A stretch of 64,000 bases of DNA from Desulfobacterales bacterium (lineage in GTDB: Bacteria; Desulfobacterota; Desulfobacteria; Desulfobacterales; SG8-13), in NCBI GenBank assembly GCA_051155755.1, contig DAXETY010000010.1, positions 9,530 through 73,529 on the forward strand, in the 5' to 3' direction. Numbering within the stretch: the stretch's first letter is position 1; every line of letters begins with the position of its first letter. The notes under the pieces were generated by a model that saw only the letters and a list, made by a program, of their open reading frames with translations, had not been told where the DNA came from and searched no databases. Both the position numbers and the translations under genes were made by a program. Positions 29,918 through 37,792 of the stretch are shown one piece after another.

Positions 29918-31093
29918 ATGAAGTACATCAATCTGGATCATATTTCCGCCAAACCGCTGCTGCCGGAAGTCAAGCAGGCGATGATCGAAGCCATCCAGGC
30001 CGACTACCACAATCCCTCCAGCCAGCATAAGGCCGGTGAGCTTGCCGCTGAAAAATTGCAGCAGGCCCGGGAATCGGTGGCCCGGCTGATCAATTGTGCC
30101 AACTCCAAGGAAGTGATTTTCGGCTCGGGCGGCACCGAGTCTGTCAATCATGCCATCAAGGGGGTGGCAATGGCCAATGCGGAAAAAGGCAAGCACATCG
30201 TCATCTCCAACATCGAACACAATGCGGTGATTCGCAGTGTGCGACGTTTGAAGTCGATGGGATTCAAAGCCACGTCGGTGTCGGTTGACGAACAGGGCCG
30301 GGTGAACCCCCAGGAGGTGGCCGACGCCATCACCGATGAAACCATTCTGGTTTCCATCATGCACAGCAACAATGAAACCGGAACCATTCAACCGATCGAA
30401 GAAATCGCCAAAATCACCCGCGACAAAAAGGTGATATTTCATACCGACGCCGTGGACTCGGTGGGCGTCGTACCCATCGACGTGCAGAAAATGGGAGTGG
30501 ATCTGCTCAGTTTTGCCGCCAACACTTTCAACGGCCCCACCGGCGTCGGCGGCCTTTACATTCGGCGCGGCACCCGCATATTCCCGATCCTGGACGGCGG
30601 CGTGCAGGAGCACAACAAGCGCGCCGGAACCGAAAACCTGGTCGGCATCATTGGGACCGGCGTCGCCGCCGAGGTGGCCCGTGAGAACCTGCCCCAATGG
30701 CAGGAACACCTGCTGCGGCTGAAGAAAAAACTCCTTGGCGAACTGCCCGAATATATCGATGAATACATCATCAACACGCATCCGGAGTTCAGCCTGCCCA
30801 ACATGGTGTCGCTTTCGGTGAAATATATCGAAGGCGAAAGCGTCATGCTGATGCTGGACGACGAAAATCTCGCCGTCTCCACCCGGTCCGCCTGCGCCAC
30901 CGGGTCGCTGCGGGCCTCCCACGTGCTGATTTCCCTGGGACTGAGCCACGCCGACGCCCAGGGCACGCTGGTGGTGTCCTTCGGCAAGGACAACGATGAA
31001 AAAGACATCGAGCATTTTCTGAAGGTCCTTAAAAACGTGGTGGTCACGTTGCGAAACATGTCGCCGCTTTATCAAAAAGTATCCCAGGGCTAA
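29918..31093 (+). CDS. iscS: IscS/NifS-like protein lacking the PLP-binding lysine
   Basis: Class V aminotransferase fold motifs (NPSS, GGTES, EHNAV, NNETG, RAGTEN, SACATG), but SxHK is replaced by AANT. Confidence 0.9.
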   Translation: MKYINLDHISAKPLLPEVKQAMIEAIQADYHNPSSQHKAGELAAEKLQQARESVARLINCANSKEVIFGSGGTESVNHAIKGVAMANAEKGKHIVISNIEHNAVIRSVRRLKSMGFKATSVSVDEQGRVNPQEVADAITDETILVSIMHSNNETGTIQPIEEIAKITRDKKVIFHTDAVDSVGVVPIDVQKMGVDLLSFAANTFNGPTGVGGLYIRRGTRIFPILDGGVQEHNKRAGTENLVGIIGTGVAAEVARENLPQWQEHLLRLKKKLLGELPEYIDEYIINTHPEFSLPNMVSLSVKYIEGESVMLMLDDENLAVSTRSACATGSLRASHVLISLGLSHADAQGTLVVSFGKDNDEKDIEHFLKVLKNVVVTLRNMSPLYQKVSQG

Positions 31094-31106
31094 GGAGCGT
31101 GGTGCG

Positions 31107-32174
31107 GTGCCACGGTCGAAACCCATCCAAAAGCCGAAACCATCCGGCACAGTCAAAAAGATCAATCTGGCCCTGCAGGGGGGCGGCGCCCACGGCGCTT
31201 TCACCTGGGGTGTGCTGGACCGCCTGCTGGAAGCCGAAAATGTGGAAATCAGTGCCATCAGCGGCACCAGTGCCGGTGCCATTAACGCGGTGGTGGTGGC
31301 CGATGGCCTCATGGCCGGCGGAAGAAGCCGGGCCCGGGAGGCACTGGCCCGCTTTTGGAAAGCAGTCAGCCATGCGGCGGCATTCAGCCCGCTGCGCCGC
31401 ACGCCGCTCGATACCCTGTCGGGGAATTGGAACCTGGATTATTCCCCGGGGTATCTGTTCTTCGATCTGTTCAGCCGCATGGCGTCCCCTTATCAGCTCA
31501 ATCCATTTAACCTAAACCCCTTGCAGGATCTGCTGGTCGATCAGATCGATTTCGAACGGGTGCGCAGCTGCGACAAAATGAAGCTGTTCATCAGTGCCAC
31601 CCATGTTCGCAACGGACAGGTGCAGGTCTTCGAACGCAACCAACTGACGGCCGAGGCCGTCATGGCCTCTGCCTGTCTGCCCCAGATTTATCAGGCCGTA
31701 TCGGTCGATGGGGAGGATTACTGGGACGGTGGATATGCCGGCAACCCGGTCCTGTTTCCCTTTGCCTACCGCAGTGACACGAGGGATATCGTCATTGTTC
31801 AGATCAATCCGCTCACCTGCCGGGAGACGCCGACCACGGCACGCGAAATCCTCAACCGGGTCAATGAAATCACCTTCAACGCCAGCCTGCTGCACGAATT
31901 GCGGGCCATTGAATTCGTAGGGCGCATGCTCGAAGAGGGCAGTCTCGATCCGCAGCGCTATCGCAAGATGCTGGTGCATATCATCGCCGACGCCGAAGGC
32001 TTCGCCGCGCTGAATGCTTCCAGCAAAATGAATACCGAGTGGGGCTTTCTCGAACAACTCCACACTGCGGGCCGAACAACGGCTGAAGAATGGCTGAAGA
32101 CCCATTTCGACGATCTCGGAGAGCGATCCTCGGTGGATCTGCGCAGCCTGCTCCACGGATGTGAATCGCGCTGA
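31107..32174 (+). CDS. Patatin-like phospholipase/esterase
   Basis: LALQGGGAHG, GTSAG, WDGGY.GNP. Confidence 0.92.
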   Translation: MPRSKPIQKPKPSGTVKKINLALQGGGAHGAFTWGVLDRLLEAENVEISAISGTSAGAINAVVVADGLMAGGRSRAREALARFWKAVSHAAAFSPLRRTPLDTLSGNWNLDYSPGYLFFDLFSRMASPYQLNPFNLNPLQDLLVDQIDFERVRSCDKMKLFISATHVRNGQVQVFERNQLTAEAVMASACLPQIYQAVSVDGEDYWDGGYAGNPVLFPFAYRSDTRDIVIVQINPLTCRETPTTAREILNRVNEITFNASLLHELRAIEFVGRMLEEGSLDPQRYRKMLVHIIADAEGFAALNASSKMNTEWGFLEQLHTAGRTTAEEWLKTHFDDLGERSSVDLRSLLHGCESR

Positions 32175-32403
32175 ACTGGCAAGATAAAATTCGATTCCAG
32201 CGGTCAGGGTAAGCATTTCGGGCCGGTTGCCGGCCAGCCGATGTGAATCGATTTGCCTGCCGGCGGGGTAATTCAATGCAAGTTGACATGATGCCGCAAA
32301 ACGATTTATAGATCCAGGTCATCAAACCGACTGTGGACGTCACCCTGACGAAATGCACCATTCCAGTCAACGACAATCAATTTACGGCGAGGAGGAGACA
32401 ATC

Positions 32404-32736
32404 ATGGCAGACGCATATGTAAACATCATCCTCGATGATGCCAAACTGAACCAGTTGAAGGAAATGGGATTGGACGGGCAGATCAAGGATATCGAAGGCA
32501 AAAAAGCGGTTCAGGTGGAAATGTCCAGAAAAGACCGTAAAAAACTGGAAAAAGGATTTGCCGGCCTGGCATTCGATGCATCCAATGCCTGCGTGCTGCC
32601 CGCAGAAGCCGAACAGCTTCTGTGGCAATTCATCTCCGACAACAAAAGTCTGGATGTCATGAAGTACGCCATCACCAAACTTTACAATCCGCTGGCAGGG
32701 CGGGATGTGTTCGGGCGCGGCACCGGCATGCGCTGA
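32404..32736 (+). CDS. Hypothetical protein
   Basis: GAGGAG RBS, natural composition, followed by a terminator. Confidence 0.75.
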   Translation: MADAYVNIILDDAKLNQLKEMGLDGQIKDIEGKKAVQVEMSRKDRKKLEKGFAGLAFDASNACVLPAEAEQLLWQFISDNKSLDVMKYAITKLYNPLAGRDVFGRGTGMR

Positions 32737-32763
32737 TTTTCTTCATAAGGATGGATCGATACG

Positions 32764-32798
32764 AAAACCCCGGTCGGATGACACCGGGGTTTTTATTT
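32764..32798. terminator. Bidirectional Rho-independent terminator
   Basis: AAAACCCCGGT-loop-ACCGGGGTTTTT between convergent genes. Confidence 0.8.
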
Positions 32799-33221
32799 GC
32801 CTTCCAGGCATATGGTGTCCAGAACCGGACCCAATTCGGGTTTGATTCTTCTGAGTTCCCGCAGCCGCCTGCGATCGAAGATGTTATCCAACGAAGGCGG
32901 CTCCATGGCGAAGGCGTTCTGCCTTCCAACGCTTTCCATGGTCACCGCCAGCGAATAAATGGTAACCTTTTCAAACAATTCTTCTTCGGAAAGCTCGACT
33001 TCGGTTCCCTTCTGGTAGCGAATGATTTCGGAAACACAAGCCGTCAGCACCGGATCGGCATGAAAGCCTTCGTGCTTGCAATCCCCACCGATGAAGTGCG
33101 AATCGATGAAATGGTCCGCCAGTTGTTGAATATGAGCCAGCCAACCGGCATCCAGGTTCTGGGGCAGTACGGCGGAGGGCCCCCTGGAAAGCACTTCGTT
33201 ACCGAATTTTGAAAGCATCAT
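32793..33221 (-). CDS. Hypothetical protein
   Basis: GGAG RBS, natural composition; downstream of the cereblon gene. Confidence 0.7.
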   Translation of the reverse strand: MMLSKFGNEVLSRGPSAVLPQNLDAGWLAHIQQLADHFIDSHFIGGDCKHEGFHADPVLTACVSEIIRYQKGTEVELSEEELFEKVTIYSLAVTMESVGRQNAFAMEPPSLDNIFDRRRLRELRRIKPELGPVLDTICLEGK

Positions 33222-33312
33222 AAGTCATCACTCCAGAAATGGTGCCGTTTTTACCGGTGCAGATCGCCGAAGGTGGATTTGCGGCGGAAAACCGGTCGTT
33301 GAACGCTGCCGA

Positions 33313-33744
33313 TCAGGGTTCTTTGAGGCGGTCGAGAATCAAACCGTAAAACCGGTCGCTGCCGGCTGCAGAGAAAACCCAGCCCAGATGGGTCTGGCAC
33401 GATCGGCAGATCGCCACCCGCCAATCATAGCCTGGAAACCAGGTGAATTCGTCGGTGCCCGGACCGGTGTAACCACATCCGATTGCCGAGCGAAAACATC
33501 CGATTTCATACACGATCCCATGGGGATTGGCAAATGTGTGGCGATGGGCGCCTTGCTTGCTGATTCGCTCGGCAGCCCGGGTAATGGCCTGGCTGCATTG
33601 CCGGCAGAGGATATAGGATTCTTCCTCTTCTTCGAGGGCATCTTCGACTTCTTCCTCCGGCGCGCTCCCCGGCAGTGCTCCGGGCCTTTGTCCGCGGTCC
33701 TTCAACAGAGGATTGCCGAATTCGTTTCCCGGTATCATTGCCAT
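33313..33744 (-). CDS. Cereblon-like (CULT / thalidomide-binding domain) protein
   Basis: CRQC, F.NPHG, FTWFPGYDW, C..C..HLGW.F, FYGL. Confidence 0.92.
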   Translation of the reverse strand: MAMIPGNEFGNPLLKDRGQRPGALPGSAPEEEVEDALEEEEESYILCRQCSQAITRAAERISKQGAHRHTFANPHGIVYEIGCFRSAIGCGYTGPGTDEFTWFPGYDWRVAICRSCQTHLGWVFSAAGSDRFYGLILDRLKEP

Positions 33745-33844
33745 CGATCCTGTTGTTTCCGGTGATCTTTACAATGCTTTACGGACCATTATATTCAAAA
33801 AGTTCGGGTTGTAAAGGCGGATATCCACAACGGGGCGGGTTTGC

Positions 33845-34384
33845 ATGCGCAAAATCATCACCGTGGCGATCCTCGCAGGATGGCTGGCGTGCCTGCCGGT
33901 TTTACCCGGCATCGCCGGTGAAGATTGGAAGGCGGAAATTCGGCCGCTGGTCGAACGGCTGCACGTCAACTACCTTAGTCTGGATGCGGTTTACCACCGA
34001 TTGCATGAAGCGGCAGTCGAGTCGGTGGACCGCTCCGCGGAAGAACTCAGTTACATTCAAAAATCCTACCTGTTTGTCAGCGAAGCCAATCTGATCTGTT
34101 TTTACCAGTGGGAACTTCTGGCGGCCATCGATTTCATCCAGGAAAAAAAGATGGCCGATTACCTGACGCTGCGCATCGAGGACCTGAACCGTTCCATCTT
34201 CGAGTCCCGGGACCGCATCCACTTGCTGAAAATGTATTCGGGTTTCATCGAACACAGCGGGGCGCTCGAATCGATCGACCAGGCCATCGGCCTCATCGAG
34301 GGCAATATCTATACCTACGAGGCCCTGCGAGATGCTCTGCAGCCGCGGGCCAATCCCGCCAACCGATACAATCAGAAATTATAA
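33845..34384 (+). CDS. Exported hypothetical protein
   Basis: Sec-type signal peptide; helical composition. Confidence 0.7.
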   Translation: MRKIITVAILAGWLACLPVLPGIAGEDWKAEIRPLVERLHVNYLSLDAVYHRLHEAAVESVDRSAEELSYIQKSYLFVSEANLICFYQWELLAAIDFIQEKKMADYLTLRIEDLNRSIFESRDRIHLLKMYSGFIEHSGALESIDQAIGLIEGNIYTYEALRDALQPRANPANRYNQKL

Positions 34385-34398
34385 CCGAAACGACGGTG

Positions 34399-35394
34399 TC
34401 AGGGCGCCTGCACCTGAAGTGCGATTTTTCCAAAGTGCCGGCTGGCGGCCATTTCACGATGGGCCTCTGCGGCCTGCTCCAGCGGAAACACCCGGTGTAA
34501 GATCGGCGTGATGGCGCCGGAGGAGATATGGGGCATCACCTCCTTGCGAAAGGCGGCGACGATGGCCGTTTTTTCATCCACCGGTCGGGCCCGCAGCACC
34601 GAGCCGATGATGCGTTGACGCTTGACCATCAGTCGACCCAGATTCAGTTCGGCCGTCGCACCGCCCATCAAGCCGATGATCACCAGGCGCCCGCCGATCG
34701 CCAGGGTTTCCAGATTGGCCGTAAGGTACCCGGCTCCGATGTGATCGAGAATGACGTCCGCGCCATGGTCCCGGGTAAACTTTCGTACTTCCCTGGAGAA
34801 ATCTTCGCGCTGATAATCGATGACCCGATGGGCTCCCAGCGCTTCGACCCTTGCCACCTTGCCGGAAGAAGCCGTGACCAGAATCCTGCCGCCGGTAACC
34901 AGGGTGCGGCACAGCTGGATGCCGGCGGTGTTGACCCCTCCGCCCCCGCCGTGCAGCAGCACCGTCTCTCCCGGGTTGAAGCCGGCAATCGAAAACACGT
35001 TCAAGAAGGCGGTGATGTAAACTTCGCTGATGCAGGCCGCCTGCTCGAAAGGCATCGAACCCGGAATGGGAATCAGGTGTTCGGCCGGCGCCACCACGTA
35101 CTCGGCGTACCCGCCGCCGGTCAGCAGCGTCATGACGCGGTCTCCCGGCTGCCAGGAACCGCTCTGCACACCCGGGCCGGTTTTGTCCACCACGCCGGCA
35201 GCCTCCAGACCGAGGATTTCAGATGCGCCCGGCGGAGGTGGATAGTTACCCTGCCGTTGCACCAGATCGGCCCGGTTGACCGAAGTGGCGACCACGCGGA
35301 TGCGGACCTGGTTTTCCGCCGGTTCCGGAGTTTCCACTTCGCCGACCCGCATCACATCGACGTCACCGAATCCATCCAGCACGATCGCTTTCAA
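34399..35394 (-). CDS. NAD(P)H-quinone oxidoreductase, PIG3 family
   Basis: VNRADL.QRQG.YPPPPGAS.ILGLE, GGGYAEY, HGGGGGV. TTG start after GGAGG, overlapping the upstream stop. Confidence 0.92.
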   Translation of the reverse strand: MKAIVLDGFGDVDVMRVGEVETPEPAENQVRIRVVATSVNRADLVQRQGNYPPPPGASEILGLEAAGVVDKTGPGVQSGSWQPGDRVMTLLTGGGYAEYVVAPAEHLIPIPGSMPFEQAACISEVYITAFLNVFSIAGFNPGETVLLHGGGGGVNTAGIQLCRTLVTGGRILVTASSGKVARVEALGAHRVIDYQREDFSREVRKFTRDHGADVILDHIGAGYLTANLETLAIGGRLVIIGLMGGATAELNLGRLMVKRQRIIGSVLRARPVDEKTAIVAAFRKEVMPHISSGAITPILHRVFPLEQAAEAHREMAASRHFGKIALQVQAP

Positions 35395-36017
35395 GAAGGC
35401 ACCTCCCTTTGCGCTCCATCCAGATGCCCCTGCAGCGCTTTCCGGACGGCTCGCGCAAATCGCTCGAAGACCGCATTGGGTTGCTTTTGCCCGGATTGCA
35501 ACGATCCGGCAAACATCCGCCGGCGCAGACCGGCGGAGAGTTCCAGCTGAACCCCCTTGCCGCAGCGGCATCGATTGCAGATGTTCAGCGGGTGTGCCCC
35601 CGGGAAAAAGGGGCTTTCGCGCACCGCAAAACCGGCTCGCCGCAGCCAGTCTCCGACACCGGCGCGCAATTCCCGGTGGCGGCCGCCGATATCGACCACC
35701 GGAACGTTGCCGCCGCAGCCGTGAATCGAAACGACCGCATCGGATCGTTGAACCAGCGCCAGTGCGGACGGTTCATCGAAATTACGGCTCGTTAAATGGA
35801 GAATCCGGTTGTCCGACGGCATCAGGCCGCGGAAACTGTAGTAGCCATGACGGCTGCCGGCGATGGCGTCGGCCAGTTCGCTGGTACCGGGCTCGATGCC
35901 GCCGCCGTGAATGGCCATTACCAGAATTCCCGAGGCGCCTTCGCGGGCCTCCACGGTAAAGTCGATGTCGGCCCGCGCGTGCTGCGACAGCTCTGTATAG
36001 TTGCGATAATATTCCAT
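35391..36017 (-). CDS. Poly-gamma-glutamate hydrolase family (DUF867/PghP-like)
   Basis: AIHGGGIEPGTSELA, LHLTS..FDEP, SIHG, NICN, GVQLELS..LR. Confidence 0.88.
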   Translation of the reverse strand: MEYYRNYTELSQHARADIDFTVEAREGASGILVMAIHGGGIEPGTSELADAIAGSRHGYYSFRGLMPSDNRILHLTSRNFDEPSALALVQRSDAVVSIHGCGGNVPVVDIGGRHRELRAGVGDWLRRAGFAVRESPFFPGAHPLNICNRCRCGKGVQLELSAGLRRRMFAGSLQSGQKQPNAVFERFARAVRKALQGHLDGAQREVPS

Positions 36018-36174
36018 AGCCCTGCATGTAACCGGTTCGCCCGGGACATACCACAGCGCCCACCGAAATGCTACGGTTTGACGCCGGCGGCGATCGAACC
36101 CTATATTACAGACGCGCTCCGCCCTTGCAGGGCGCCGAACCATGGCATTCACCGAAGCTGCAAAACCGAGACGC

Positions 36175-37323
36175 ATGGGGTTTATTCTGTTTCTGGTCAC
36201 CTTTTTCGGCCTTTACGGCTCAGTGCACGTTTACACCTTCCTCAAATGGAAGCGTGCAGTGGGACCGGGACCGGCGGCGGCGCTGGCCGTCGTGATGTGG
36301 ATGGCGGTGATGACCGCCGCCCCGGTATTGGTGCGCATCCTGGAAAAAAACGGGCTGGACACCGCCGCCCGCAGCCTGGCTCACGTCGGCTACGGATGGA
36401 TGGGCCTGCTGTTTGTCTTTTTCTGCGGTGCGCTGGCGATCGACCTGCTGCGTTTGATCCTGTTTCCCCTGCGGCAGTTGGGCCTTCACCTGCCGCTGCC
36501 GGAATTTTCCGCCCGTGCGGCGTTTACGATTCCGCTGATGCTGTCGATCGCCGTTTGCGTCTACGGATTTTTCGAAGCCCGACAGATCCGCACCGAGCAC
36601 CTGGTGATCCGCACCCACCGCATACCGGCTCATGTCGGCCGGGTACGGATTGCCCAGATATCCGACGTCCACCTGGGCCTGATCGTGCGCGCCCAACGCC
36701 TGGACCGCATCCTGGAGCGTGTGCGGGCGGCCGCACCCGACATGCTGGTCTCCACCGGCGATCTGATCGACGGTAAGCTGGACCAGATCGGCGGCCTGGT
36801 CCGCAAAATCCGGGAAGTCCAGACACCGCTGGGCAAGTTCGCCGTCACGGGCAACCACGAATTTTACGCCGGGCTGGACGCCGCCCTGGCGCTTACCCGG
36901 CAGGCCGGGTTCACCGTGCTGCGCGGCGAGGCCCGTCCGGTCGCCGGGGTGCTGAACGTGGCCGGCGTCGACGACCCGGCCGGCAGACCCCACGGCCGGA
37001 TGGGCGAGGTGCCGGAAAAAACCCTGATGGAGAACCTTCCCGGCGACCGATTCACCCTGCTGCTCAAGCACCGGCCCTACCTGGATAAAGACGCCGTCGG
37101 TTTTTTCGACCTGCAGCTTTCGGGCCACACCCACAAAGGCCAGATCTTTCCCTTCAATTTTGCCGTGGCCCCGCTCTATCCGACCGTCGCGGGCCGATTG
37201 GAACTCGAACGCGGACTTTTGTATGTCAGCCGCGGATCGGGCACCTGGGGCCCGCCGGTGCGTTTCCTGGCGCCGCCGGAGGTGACCATCATCGACCTGG
37301 TTGCGGCCGACAAAGCCGAGTGA
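36175..37323 (+). CDS. Membrane-anchored metallophosphoesterase (YkuE-like)
   Basis: N-terminal TMs; SDVH, TGDLID, GNHE, H.P, SGHTH.GQ. Confidence 0.93.
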   Translation: MGFILFLVTFFGLYGSVHVYTFLKWKRAVGPGPAAALAVVMWMAVMTAAPVLVRILEKNGLDTAARSLAHVGYGWMGLLFVFFCGALAIDLLRLILFPLRQLGLHLPLPEFSARAAFTIPLMLSIAVCVYGFFEARQIRTEHLVIRTHRIPAHVGRVRIAQISDVHLGLIVRAQRLDRILERVRAAAPDMLVSTGDLIDGKLDQIGGLVRKIREVQTPLGKFAVTGNHEFYAGLDAALALTRQAGFTVLRGEARPVAGVLNVAGVDDPAGRPHGRMGEVPEKTLMENLPGDRFTLLLKHRPYLDKDAVGFFDLQLSGHTHKGQIFPFNFAVAPLYPTVAGRLELERGLLYVSRGSGTWGPPVRFLAPPEVTIIDLVAADKAE

Positions 37324-37512
37324 GACCTTCTGCAGGTTAAAAAACCGCTCTACAGCAGCAGACGCGGGATGCTGCGATTCCAGTGTTTTTGAAAATGCAG
37401 CGCCCCGTTCACATGGACGGTCAACCCGACGGCGATCTGAAAAAACCCGTCACTGCCGGTGATGGTGACCTGCACTCATCCAAAGAACCGCCGCCTTCCA
37501 CACCCGGCATAC

Positions 37513-37542
37513 TTGACGGGTCGAAGGGGCTTGGCGTAAAAT
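37513..37542 (+). promoter_or_regulatory. Putative sigma70 promoter
   Basis: TTGACG-18 bp-TAAAAT, about 250 nt upstream of the beta-helix gene start. Confidence 0.55.
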
Positions 37543-37792
37543 TTTAAAACTTGTTTCCATCACGAGGCGGGGGAATTTCCCTGAAGCAGGAGTCGTCATT
37601 CCCCTGCCGGTGGAAAAGCCGGCCGGCACGGTGGCCGGTCCTTCGGATTTCGTTGCAGCCGCATGCCGTCGCAAGGCGGGACCCGTTACCCGCCCGTTGC
37701 CGCAGGAGCCGTTGCTTGCCCGTTTGGCCGCTGCGAAGCGGAGTGTAAGGCTTTTAAGGCCTTCGTTGCCGCTGCGGGAAGGAAGGAGTGCG

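Noticed and set aside
32256..32303. Further copy of the IS200-like repeat on the minus strand (also 46225-46250)
   Set aside because: Only short matches (TGCC-N15-TGCAAGTT; CTTGCCAAAAC), which could be ordinary promoter-like sequence
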